A stretch of DNA of 64,000 bases from an uncultured Chloroflexia bacterium. Lineage in GTDB: Bacteria > Chloroflexota > Dehalococcoidia > DSTF01 > WHTK01. The translations under genes were made by a program, and so were the position numbers. The notes beneath the pieces were generated by a model. The model worked only from the letters and a program-made list of their open reading frames with translations. It was not told where the DNA came from and did not search any database. Location: assembly GCA_963703905.1 (NCBI GenBank), contig CAVPFY010000006.1:34918-98917 (forward strand). The letters are read 5' to 3'. Below, piece by piece: positions 13,917-24,531 of this stretch. Each line of letters begins with the position of its first letter. The stretch's first letter is position 1.

Positions 13917-14010
13917 ACCGCGAAGACTCCTTGGAGCTGCGCTACAACGCGTCGATAAGGTTGTGAAAGTTTGGGGAGTCGGCGAACCGGACGCATAGGC
14001 CCACGCCGCT

Positions 14011-14028
14011 TTGCAAAGTCTATCACGA
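14011..14028. promoter_or_regulatory. Weak Rex-like operator overlapping the operon 1 -10 element
   Basis: TTGCAAA-GTCT-ATCACGA matches 10 of 14 defined positions of TTGTGAA-N4-TTCACAA; an isolated TTGTGAA half-site is at 13961. Confidence 0.25.
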
Positions 14029-14046
14029 ACCAATGCACCTTGTCAA
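14017..14046 (-). promoter_or_regulatory. Putative sigma70-type promoter of nuo operon 1
   Basis: On the minus strand TTGACA (14046-14041), N18, TGn-TAGACT (14022-14017), about 100 nt upstream of nuoA. Confidence 0.6.
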
Positions 14047-14162
14047 ACCGTCTGGCGCAGAGGCCGGCCAGCTGGGTCATAATGTGATAACAGATACAAG
14101 CGATAGTTTCGGCGCACTTGGCCTCAGATCCGGAATCTCGCTTCCCTTTTGGGCGTTTCTCT

Positions 14163-14191
14163 TTGCATTGCTCCTCGGATTATGCTACAAT
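14163..14191 (+). promoter_or_regulatory. Putative sigma70-type promoter of nuo operon 2
   Basis: TTGCAT-N17-TACAAT with an extended -10 TGn; SD GGAGGG at 14301 before GTG 14313. Confidence 0.65.
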
Positions 14192-14312
14192 TCGCACGCA
14201 ATTCATGGCCGGGGGCTGCTCTCCTCAATCCTGGCCGAGTGCTCAATTCCACGAATCCTGCGTGCCGATCTCATCGCGCGGCATGTGCGGCCAACCCAAA
14301 GGAGGGTAGACC

Positions 14313-14669
14313 GTGCTTTCGCAGTACGCATTCATCGGCATCTTTGCTGTTATTGCCCTTGCTTTACCCATCATCGGCCTGGCCATTGCCTGGCTGCTTC
14401 GCCCCAAGAAGCCCAATCCCGCCAAGAACGCCACCTACGAATGCGGCATGGAGACCATCGGTGACACCTGGGTGCAGTTCAAGGCCCAGTACTATCTGTA
14501 TGCCTTGATCTTCGTGGTGTTCGACGTCGAGGCGATCTTCATCTTCCCCTGGGCTGTCGCCTACAACAAGCTCGGGCTGCTACGCCCTGGTCGAGATGGT
14601 GCTCTTCGTGGCCATCCTGTTCGGCGGCCTGCTGTACGCCTGGCGCAAGGGCGCCCTGGAGTGGCGTGA
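14313..14669 (+). CDS. nuoA: NADH-quinone oxidoreductase subunit A (operon 2)
   Basis: [42 protein letters not shown] (last part after a frameshift). Confidence 0.95.
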   Translation: MLSQYAFIGIFAVIALALPIIGLAIAWLLRPKKPNPAKNATYECGMETIGDTWVQFKAQYYLYALIFVVFDVEAIFIFPWAVAYNKLGLLRPGRDGALRGHPVRRPAVRLAQGRPGVA

Positions 14670-14705
14670 ACGTACGACGCCGGGACGAATGAGCGTGATG
14701 AGCCT

Positions 14706-15900
14706 GTGACGATTAGCAATACGTGCGCAACTTCTTCGTCAATCTCGCTCAGCTCCTGGACCGCCTGGCTCAGCGGCTTGCTGCCGCCGTGGGCCGTCGA
14801 CCTGGTGAACTTCCTCATCGTCGGCGATCATCCTGGTGATGATGCCGGTCATCGCCACGCTGACGCTGACCTGGATGGAGCGCAAGGTCATCGGCCGCAT
14901 CCAGAACCGCATCGGGCCGAACCGGGTCGGGCCGTGGGGCATCTTCCAGGCGATCGCCGACGCCGTCAAGATGTTGATCAAGGAAGACATCGTCCCCGAC
15001 AACGCCGACAAGCCGGTCTTCAACCTGGCGCCGATCCTGATCTGCGGCGGCGGCCGCGCTGCTGTGGGCGGTCATCCCGTTCGGCCGCAACATGATCGGC
15101 CAGGATCTGAACATCGGCGTGCTCTACCTGATCGCCATCGGCTCGATCACCACCGTCGCCGTCCTGATGGCCGGCTGGTCCTCCAACAACAAGTTCGCCC
15201 TGATCGGCGCGTTCCGCGTGGTGGCGCAACTGCTCAGCTACGAAATCCCCATGGTGCTCTCCATCGCCGCCGTGGTGCTGCTGGTCGGCACCATGCGCAT
15301 GGGCGCAGATCGTCGAGGCCGCAGATCGTGCCCTTCATCCTGGTCTTGCCCGCGGCCTTCATCGTCTACATGCTGCGCCGCGATCGCCGAGACGGGCCGC
15401 GCGCCCTTCGACCTGCTGGAAGCCGACTCCGAGATCGTGGCCGGCTACTTCATCGAGTACAGCGGCCTGAAGTTCGGCTGGTTCTACATCGCCGAGTACG
15501 GCAACCTGTTGGCCGTCTCGGCCATCGCCACCACGCTGTTCCTGGGCGGCTGGCGCGGCCCGTTCGTGTGCAGCTGCGCCGGCTCTCGGGCCGTTCTACT
15601 TCATCGCCAAGACGATCGCTGGTCGTCTTCCTGCTGATGTGGATTCGCGGCACCTGGCCGCGTTTCCGCATCGACCAGATGCTGGGCTTCGCCTGGAAGG
15701 TGCTGGTGCCGGCATCGCTGGCGAACCTGCTGTGGGTCGCCATCGTCCTGAAGCTGCCCGTGCCCGACGGCGGTGCAGTGGCTCTTGCTTCTGGCCGGCA
15801 ACTCTGGCATCGTGCTGGCAGCGCTGACGCTGCTGGGCCGGGCGGCGAAGCGTACGCAGCAGCAGACGGTGCCGCGTACGTGCACGGCACGGGATCGTGA
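14706..15900 (+). CDS. nuoH: NADH-quinone oxidoreductase subunit H (operon 2; frameshifted)
   Basis: [96 protein letters not shown]. Confidence 0.95.
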
Positions 15901-15947
15901 GTCGCAGGCTGCTCGCACACGGCACGTCACCGACGGAGAGAAGCATC

Positions 15948-16445
15948 ATGCAACAAGTCGATCTTCATCGTCCTTGCCGTGCATCACCCTGGGCGCGGCG
16001 GTGCATGGTCGTGACCTCGCGCAGAACCTGTTGCGCAGCGCGCTGTGGCTGATCCTGGCCTTCTTCGGCATCGCGGGCATCTTCGTCTTGCTGCAACGCC
16101 GAGTTCCTGGCGGTGGTGCAGGTGCTGATCTACATCGGCGCCATCTCCATGCTGATCATCTTTGCGATCATGCTCAGCCGCAGCGTCATGGACCCCAGCA
16201 GCCGCGCTTCAACGAGCAGTGGGGCATCGTCGGCGGGTTCGCAGCGCTGCTCTTCGTGGCGCTGGCTGCCGTTGTGACGCGCGTCGCCTGGCCGGTCGGC
16301 ACCGGCCGTGCCGCCCGCGGACGCCATCCAGCGCCTTGGCGCCGCACTTCGTCGGCCCCTACGTGGTGCCGTTCGAGGTCGCGTCGGTGCTGCTGGTCGT
16401 GGCGCATGATCGGCGCGATCATCATCGCACGGGAGCGGGAGATAG
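15948..16445 (+). CDS. nuoJ: NADH-quinone oxidoreductase subunit J (operon 2; frameshifted)
   Basis: [47 protein letters not shown]. Confidence 0.9.
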
Positions 16446-16455
16446 GAGCGTACGC

Positions 16456-16774
16456 ATGGTTCCACTCGACCTGGTATCCTTGTTCCTGGTCTGCCGCCGC
16501 GCTGTTCTGCATCGGCGCTGTTCGGCGCGTTGGCGCGGCGCAACGCCGTCGGCGTGCTGATGGGCATCGAGCTGATGCTGAACGCCGTCAACATCAACCT
16601 GGTCGCCTTCTGGCGCTACACGGACGCGCTGCGCAGCTGACCGGCCAGGTGTTTGCCGTCTTCGTCATCACCGTGGCAGCCGCCGAGGCCGCCGTCGGCC
16701 TGGCGCTGATCATCGCCATCTACCGGCAGCGCAACACGGTCAACGTCGAAGAACTGGACATGATGAAGGGATAG
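16456..16774 (+). CDS. nuoK: NADH-quinone oxidoreductase subunit K (operon 2; frameshifted)
   Basis: [50 protein letters not shown]. Confidence 0.93.
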
Positions 16775-16809
16775 AGCGCGCATAAGCGGACGTCACGTAT
16801 CGTACTCGA

Positions 16810-19115
16810 ATGCCGATCTTCAATCTCGACTCTGGCTCTGCCGCCCGTCTCCTGCCGTTTGCCTGGCCGTTCGTCGCTGATCGTGCTGTGGGCGCAACCG
16901 CAGCAAGAAGCTGAGCGCGGGCCTGGCGATCGGCGGCATCGGCCTGTCCTGGATCATCGGTTGGGCGATCGCCTTCACCACCTTCCGGGCTCGAGGGCTT
17001 CGGCCGAGGACCCTTTCCGGCTGTTCCGCGATTGGCTGCCCACCGGGCAGCACCTGGCAGGCGTTCGGCTTCGCGGTCGATCCGCTGACCGCGCTGATGC
17101 TGTTCATGGTGCCGTTCGTCTGCTTCCTGATCTTCGTCTACGCCGTCGGCTACATGGGGGTCGGCAAGCCGCTGGGCGCGCACGACGAGCGCGGCAGGCC
17201 GGCCGAGCCGGGGCACGTCGACCCGCTGGCCAGCCGCTTCTTCGCCTACATCGCGCTCTTCGCCACCGGCATGCTCGGCCTGATCCTCTCCGACAACCTG
17301 ATCATGCTGTTGATCTTCTGGGAGATCATGGGCCTGTGCTCCTACCTGCTGATCGGCTTCTGGTTCGCGCGCAAGTACGACGACCCGAAGAAGATCACTC
17401 CCAAGGAGGCCGGGCTGAAGGCCTTCCTGACCACGCGCATCGGCGACACGATCATGCTGGCGGGCATCCTGCTGCTGTACATCCAGACCGGCTCGCTGAG
17501 CTTCGCGGAGATCTTCAAGCCGGAGACGCTGGAGCAGCTTGGCGACGACGACGACCAACCTGCCGCTCCTCGGCCCGGTGCCGTGGGCCACGCTGATCGC
17601 GCATCCTGATCTTCTGCGGCGCCATCGGCAAGAGCGCGCAGTTCCCGCTGCACGTCTGGCTGCCCGACGCGATGGAAGGCCCGACCCCGGTCTCGGCGCT
17701 GATCCACGCGGCGACCATGGTGTCGGCCGGCGTCTACCTGATCATCCGCACCTATCCCGCTGATGGCCGGCGGTCCGAACACGGGCCGGCGCTTGCAGCT
17801 TCATCGCCTTCATCGGCGCGTTCACGGCGCTCTTCGCCGCCACCATCGCGCTGGCGCAGAACGACATCAAGAAGGTGCTGGCCTACTCGACCATCTCCCA
17901 GCTCGGCTTCATGTTCGCCGCGCTGGGCATCGGCGCCTACGTGGCGGCCATCTTCCACCTGCTGACCCACGCCTTCTTCAAGGCGCTGCTGTTCCTCGGC
18001 TCCGGCAGCGTGATCCACGGGATGGAGCACGGCCATCACGAGGCGGCACGCGGACACGGGACGCGGGAGCATGCGGACACGGAGCACGCCGTCACACGAT
18101 CACGCAGTCCGGAACCGGCCATCCGCAATCGTTCGATCCCCAAGACATGCGCAACATGGGCGGCCTGCTCCGCAAGATGCCGCGCACGGCCTGGACCTTC
18201 ATCATCGGCGGGCTGGCGCTGAGCCGGCTTCCCCATCGTCACCGCCGGCTTCTGGAGCAAGGACGAGATCCTGGCCGACGCCTGGGTCAACGGCCACACG
18301 CTCGTCTTCGTCGCGCTGGCGCTGGCCGCGCTGCTGACCGCGTTCTACACCGCCCGCCAGATCGTGATGACCTTCTTCGGCAAGCCGCGCACCGCCGCGG
18401 CCGAACACGCCAGCGAGCACGACAGCATCTTCGCTGGATGACCATCCCGCTGATGGTGCTGGCGGTCTTCGCCGTTGCGCTGCGGCTGGGTCGGCATCCC
18501 GACGACCTTCCCGGTCCTGGGCAGCTCTCTCCGACCAATCCGTTCCACCATTACATCGGCAGCCTGGCCGAGGCGCTGCACATCGAGGCCGCCGAGCTGC
18601 CCTTCAACGCGGTGCCGCTGCTGGACTTCGCTGGTCGTGGCGCTGGGCGGCTTGCTGCTGGGCTGGCTGGTCTATCGCGGCGTCTCAGCGCATCGGCATG
18701 CAGGCCGACGATCCCGCCTGGTCGCCGTTGCAGATCGTCGATCCGCTGGCGAGCCGCTGGGCCGCGTCTACAGGGTGCTGCAGAACAAGTACTACTTCGA
18801 TGAGCTGTACGCCAAAGTGTTCGTCAAGGGCACGCAGCGGCTGTCCAACTGGCTCTACCGCTTCGACGACTTGTGGGTCATCGATCCCATCGTGGATGGC
18901 GTGGGCAAGCTGTGGCGCCGGCATCTCCGAGATCGGCCAGCTGGTTCGACACGCACGTCGTGGACGCGCGCCGTGAACGGCATCGGCGCCGTCACCAGGC
19001 TGGTTCGGCGGCGCCGTCCGCGTGATCCAGACCGGCAAGGTGCAGAACTATCTGCTGGTCGGTGCTGGTGACCGTTTCGGTGCTGCTGGGCGCGTTCCTG
19101 TTGCTGCCGAAGTAA
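16810..19115 (+). CDS. nuoL: NADH-quinone oxidoreductase subunit L (operon 2; long form with insertions; frameshifted)
   Basis: [89 protein letters not shown]. Confidence 0.95.
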
Positions 19116-19179
19116 GTCGGCGATGCGTCATGGTTCGCTCATTGTCGGCATCCGCTGATTCCCATCGGAGGGACGCTTC

Positions 19180-20775
19180 ATGAATAGCTCACTTCTGACC
19201 CTCATCATCTTCATTCCCTTGGTCGGCGCCATCCTGACGCTGCTGCCCTGGGGCAAGTGGCTGAAGCTGGGACAAGGCGCGCGAGGAACGGCTCATCAAG
19301 AATGGCGCCATCGTCATCAGCCTGCTCCCGCTGGTCCTGTCGATCTTGCTGTGGTTCGGCTACAACACGGCCGCCGGCGGGTTCCAGTTCCAGGTCAATG
19401 TGCCGTGGATCCCGGCGCTGAATGTCAACTACCACATGGGCGTGGACGGGCTGAGCGTGCCGCTGGTCTTCCTGACCACGTTCCTGACCACACTGGGCCT
19501 CTGCTATTCGGCGCAGGACGATCAAGGTCCGGGTGCGGGAGTTCTTCTTCCTGTTCCTGCTGCTCGAAATGGGCATGCTCGGCGTCTTCGTCTCGCTCGA
19601 TCTGGTCTTGTTCTACGTCTTCTGGGAGATCGGCCTGGTGCCCGATGTATTTCCTGATCGGCATCTGGGGCCAGCCGAAGGACCGCCCGCAGTACTCGGC
19701 CATCAAGTTCTTCCTCTACACCCTGGCCGGCTCGGTGTTCATGCTGCTGGCGATCCTCGGCATCTACTTCACGACCGGCACCTTCGACATCGTCGAGGCT
19801 GCGCAGGCTGCAGCCGTTCGCCGGCAACTTCGTGCTGTCCAGCCTGGCCTTCTGGGCCTTCTTCATCGCCTTCGCCATCAAGGTGCCGAGCTGGCCGTTC
19901 CACACCTGGCTGCCCGACGCCCACACCGCCGCGCCGACGGCCGGCTCCGTGATCCTGGCCGGCGTCCTGCTGAAGCTGGGCGCCTACGGCATCCTGCGCA
20001 TCTGCCTGCCGATCTTCCCGGACACGTTCAAGGCGCTACGCGCCTGGTCATCGTGGCGCTGGGCGTGATCTCGATCATCTACGGCGCGCTGGTGTCGCTG
20101 GCCCAGTGGGACCTGAAGCGGCTGATCGCCTACTCGTCGGTCAGCCACATGGGCTACGTCCTGCTGGGCGTGGGCGCGGCGGCGCTCGCCGATCGGCGCA
20201 GCCGAGCTGGGTCGATGCCAGCACGATGGCGCTCGAACGGCGCGGCGCTGCAGATGTTCAACCACGGCATCAGCACCGGCGCCCTGTTCTTCCTGGTCGG
20301 CGTGATCTACGAGCGGGCGCACCTGCGCGATCTGAAGATGTTCGGCGGGTTGAGCAGCAAGCTGCCCTACTACTACGGCCTGTTTGCGGTGACGGCCTTC
20401 ACCTCGCTGGGCCTGCCCGGCCTGGCCGGCTTCTGGGGCGAGTTCTTCGTCTTCCGGGGCGCGTTCGACATCGTGCCGGTCTGGGCGGTCGATCGGCATC
20501 ATCGGCATCGTGCTGACCGCGGCCTACATCCTCTGGAAGATCATCCAGTACGTCTTCCTGGGCCAGTACGATCCGCACAAGATCGAGCACTGGACCGATG
20601 TCGAGACCGGCGCCGAGTGCACACGAGCCGACGCGACGTGGTCGCTATCGAGAAGGTCACGCTGTGGCCGCTGGTCTTCTTCATGGTCTTGCTCGGCATC
20701 TTCCCGACGCCTGCTGTTGAGCTTCTTCAACACCGACGTTTCGTGGCGCTGATGAGCGGCTTCGCCGGTAAGTGA
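19180..20775 (+). CDS. nuoM: NADH-quinone oxidoreductase subunit M (operon 2; frameshifted)
   Basis: [65 protein letters not shown]; the key Glu and Lys residues are retained. Confidence 0.95.
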   Translation: MNSSLLTLIIFIPLVGAILTLLPWGKWLKLGQGARGTAHQEWRHRHQPAPAGPVDLAVVRLQHGRRRVPVPGQCAVDPGAECQLPHGRGRAERAAGLPDHVPDHTGPLLFGAGRSRSGCGSSSSCSCCSKWACSASSSRSIWSCSTSSGRSAWCPMYFLIGIWGQPKDRPQYSAIKFFLYTLAGSVFMLLAILGIYFTTGTFDIVEAAQAAAVRRQLRAVQPGLLGLLHRLRHQGAELAVPHLAARRPHRRADGRLRDPGRRPAEAGRLRHPAHLPADLPGHVQGATRLVIVALGVISIIYGALVSLAQWDLKRLIAYSSVSHMGYVLLGVGAAALADRRSRAGSMPARWRSNGAALQMFNHGISTGALFFLVGVIYERAHLRDLKMFGGLSSKLPYYYGLFAVTAFTSLGLPGLAGFWGEFFVFRGAFDIVPVWAVDRHHRHRADRGLHPLEDHPVRLPGPVRSAQDRALDRCRDRRRVHTSRRDVVAIEKVTLWPLVFFMVLLGIFPTPAVELLQHRRFVALMSGFAGK

Positions 20776-20803
20776 GACGGAACTGGACTGGAGCTGGACG
20801 CCT

Positions 20804-22326
20804 ATGATACTCGAGCTGATCTCGGTCTTATCTGCTAGCCCGGAGATCTGATCCTGCTGCTGACACGCGCGGCGCTGGTGTTCGGCCGCTGGACCTCATC
20901 TGGCCGCGCGAGGCGTCAGCCGGCGAACGGTCTGGCTGCCCTACGTGGCGCTGGCCGGCCTGGGCGCTGGCGGCGCTGGGCTTGATCCCGGCGTCGCATG
21001 CGCCGCAGCACGGGCGACGCGCAGGTCGCGTCGACGATGCTGGCCGTCGATCCGTTCGCGCTCTTCTTCAAGGCCCTGGCGATCATCGGCGTGGCCATCG
21101 TCATCCTGACCGCGATCCCCTATCATGCGCGGCCGCACGCCCTATCCGCGGCGAGTTCTACGCGCTTCCTGCTGATCGCCGGCCTGGCGATCTGCCTGGC
21201 CGTGAGCGCCGACCAACCTGATGATGATCTATCTGGCATGGAGTTCCTCAGCATCACCAGCTACATGCTGGCCGGTTACCTCCGGGAGGACCGCAAGTCG
21301 GGCGAGGCGGCGATCAAGTACTTCCTGTACGGCGCGACCGCCTCGGCGGTGATGCTCTACGGCATGTCGCTGCTGTACGGCGCGACCGGCACGACCGATC
21401 TGGCGGGCATCGCGCAGGCGCTGAGCGGCAAGGCCGCACGGCGAGCTGCTCTGGCTGGCGCATCCCGGCGATCATCCTGCTGCTGGCCGGCTTCGGCTTC
21501 AAGGCCAGCCTGGTGCCGTTCCACCAGTGGGCGCCCGACACCTACGAAGGCGCGCCGACCCCGGTCACCGCGTTCCTGTCCACGGCGTCCAAGGCCACCG
21601 GCTTCGCCATCCTGATGCGCGTCTTCATGGTCGCCCTGGGCTCGTGCGCAGGCGCAGTGGACGGCGCTTGCTGGTCGCCGTGTCGATCCTCACGATGACG
21701 CTGGGCAACCTGACCGCCCTGCGGCAGACGAACATCAAGCGCCTGCTGGCCTATTCGTCCATCGCCCAGGCCGGCTACATCCTGATCGGCGTGGCCGCGG
21801 TGCTCGCCGACTCCGACAGCGCCTTCACCGGCATCAACGGCGTGCTGATCTACCTGTTCGCCTACCTGTTCACGAACCTCGGCGCCTTCGCGGTGGTGAT
21901 CGCGATCGAGAACTGCCACGGGCAAGTACCGAGCTCAAGGACTACGCCGGGCTGATCCGGCGCGCGCCCTGGCTGGCCGCGCTGCTGCTCATCTTCCTGC
22001 TCTCGCTGGCCGGCATCCCGCCGACGGCCGGCTTCATGGGCAAGTTCTTCGTCTTCGGCGCCGCGGTGCAGAGCCAGATGTGGGTCCTGGTGGCGATCGC
22101 GGCCGTCAACAGCGTGATCGCCGCGTTCTACTACTTGAACGTCGTGCGCTACATGTTCTTCATGCCCGCCGAGGCGGACGCACCGATCCATGCGGGTGGC
22201 GGCGCCTCTGACGGGGCGCCATCGTGTTGACTGCCGTTGTCACGCTGCTGGTGGGCCTGTGGCCGTCACCTGCTGATTCGACTGGGCGAGCGATTCGGCG
22301 CAGAGCTTGCTGTTGTTCCTGAGGTG
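20804..22326 (+). CDS. nuoN: NADH-quinone oxidoreductase subunit N (operon 2; frameshifted)
   Basis: [84 protein letters not shown]. Confidence 0.93.
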
Positions 22327-22337
22327 AGGATGCGAAT

Positions 22338-22840
22338 GTGACGCAGAGCCAGAATCACTCCGAGAACATCATCGTCGCAAGCATCGCACGGAGAACCGGC
22401 TGCGCGTCTGGAGCCGCGAGGTACCGGAACTGATCTGGCTGGCGGTCGCGCTCGTGGGGCTTCCTGCTGCTGAGCTGTCTATCCCAGGGCGCGGCATGCT
22501 CTATTGGATACGGCGCGCCGGCACGGCCGAGACCGCCATCCCTGCTGCGCGTAACCTGCAGGAGCGGCTACTCGCTGCGATAGCGGTCGCTCGGCGGCTC
22601 AGATCGTCGGCGCTTCTGCTGCTCTTTCTCGGCCTGGCTATGCCATCGTGTATCGTCTGCGGTGGCGGCTGATGCATTCGCCCGTCGCTGACTGACGTGC
22701 ATTGCCTTCGCTGCGGCGGCGAGATCCATCGGGTGCACCGCCACTTGCCGGATCGTATCATCAACTGGTTCGTACCGGTGCGCCGCTATCGCTGCTCTGA
22801 CAAGGACTGCCGCTGGGAGGGGGTGCGCGTCTCCGCGTAG
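22338..22840 (+). CDS. Hypothetical membrane protein with C-terminal Cys4 Zn-ribbon-like domain (reconstructed across frameshifts; not in the ORF track as one ORF)
   Basis: GTG 11 nt after the nuoN stop with a GAGG SD; two hydrophobic stretches; clean C-terminal frame VHCLRCGGEIHRVHRHLPDRIINWFVPVRRYRCSDKDCRWEGVRVSA* (22697-22840). Confidence 0.55.
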
Positions 22841-22882
22841 CGACACCGCACGTCCGGCGCCCCGGCGGCCATAGGAGTCGAT

Positions 22883-24481
22883 ATGCGGCTGTCCGAGCTC
22901 CTGGCCGGTGTGCCCGGCATTCTGGCCATCACCGGCAGCCCCGACATCGAGGTAGCTGTCGTCGTCGCGGATTCGCGCCAGGCGGGGCCTGGCGCTTTGT
23001 TTGTCGCGTACCGCGGCGTCGGCGTGGACGGCCACGACTACATCCCCGATGCGCTCGCGCGTGGTGCAGCTGCGATCGTTGGCGAAGCGCCGGACTGTCG
23101 CTGCCCCGGTCTACGTGCAAGTGGCCGATGGGCGTGCCGCGCTCGCCTGGCTGAGCGCTGCCTGGCACGGGCATCCCAGCCGCAAGTTGGCGCTGGTTGG
23201 CGTCACCGGCACCGACGGCAAGACCACGACCTCGAACCTGCTCTACGCCATGCTGCGCGCGGCCGGGCGGCGATGCGGGCCTGATCAGCACCGTCAACGC
23301 CGTCATCGGCGGGCCAGATCTACGATACGGGCTTGCATACCACTACGCCGGATGCGCCCGAAGTCCAGCGCTATCTGGCCCGCATGGTCGCCGCCGGGAC
23401 CGAGGTGGCCGTACTGGAAACGACCTCTCATGGACTGGCCCAGCATCGGGTGACCGGCCTGCGCGTTCGATGTGGCAGTAGTCACCAACATCACCCACGA
23501 GCACCTCGATTTCCACGGCTCCTATGAGGCGTATCGGGAGGCCAAGGCCACGCTGTTCCGGCTGCTGGGCCGGAGCCACAGGAAGCCGGGTCTGCCGAAG
23601 ATGAAGGTACTGAATGCCGACGATGACTCCTTTGCCTTTCTGAGTGGCATTCCCAGCGACCAGACGATCTTCTATGGGTGGGGGACGGATCGAGCGGCTG
23701 CCCTGCCCGAAGGAGTACGCGCGATTGCTAGCCTGGGACGTGGCGGCTACGCCGTCCGGCCTCCGGTTTGAGACCGAGTTCCGGCCCGGCCCGACTGGGC
23801 GGCCCCCCGGCCGTTGGCTGGTGACATCGCCACTGATAGGCGACTACAACGTCGCTAACATTCTGGCGGCTACGGGCGCGGCGCTGGCGCTGGGCGTCCC
23901 GTCGGAGGCGATTGTCCAGGGTGTTGGGCAGTTGCGTGGCGTCATAGGCCGGATGGAACGCATTGATCGCGGCCAGCCCTTCACAGCCATCGTGGATTTC
24001 GCGCATACGCCGAACGCACTGGCGGTTGCGCTGCAAGCCGCCGCGCCGGCTGATAGGTGATGGGCGCGTCATCGTGGTGTTCGGTAGCGCCGGCCTGCGC
24101 GATCGCGCCAAGCGTCGGATGATGGGAACCGTAGCCGCGCAGCATGCCAATTTCACCATCGTCACGGCGGAAGACCCCCGCACAGAAGATCTGGCTGCGA
24201 TCATGGCCGAGACGGCTGCAGCGCTGGTTGAAGCCGGACGGCAAGAGGGGCGCGACTTTGTTCGGATTCCCGATCGGCAGCAGGCGATTCTGAACGCGGT
24301 GCGCCGAGCGCAGCCGGGCGATATCGTGCTGGTCTGCGGTAAGGGGCACGAGCAATCCATGTGCTTCGGTACGATCGAACATCTGTGGCGCGACCAGGAT
24401 GCGCTGGCGTGGGCGTTGGACGCTCGCAGCGGTGCGCCGCCGGGGCCGCCCCCTTCATCCTGCCGACGTGGCCCGGGCTGA
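22883..24481 (+). CDS. murE: UDP-N-acetylmuramoyl-L-alanyl-D-glutamate--diamino acid ligase (frameshifted)
   Basis: DSRQ..PGALFVA..G...DGHDY, GVTGTDGKTTT, TTPDA, NITHEHLDFHG, VDFAHTPNAL, GKGHEQ. Confidence 0.92.
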
Positions 24482-24503
24482 GCGCGCCAGAAGGCGAATT
24501 GGC

Positions 24504-24531
24504 TTGACTTTCTTGTGGAATGGCATACAAT
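24504..24531 (+). promoter_or_regulatory. Putative sigma70-type promoter about 365 nt upstream of corA
   Basis: TTGACT-N16-TACAAT. Confidence 0.5.
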
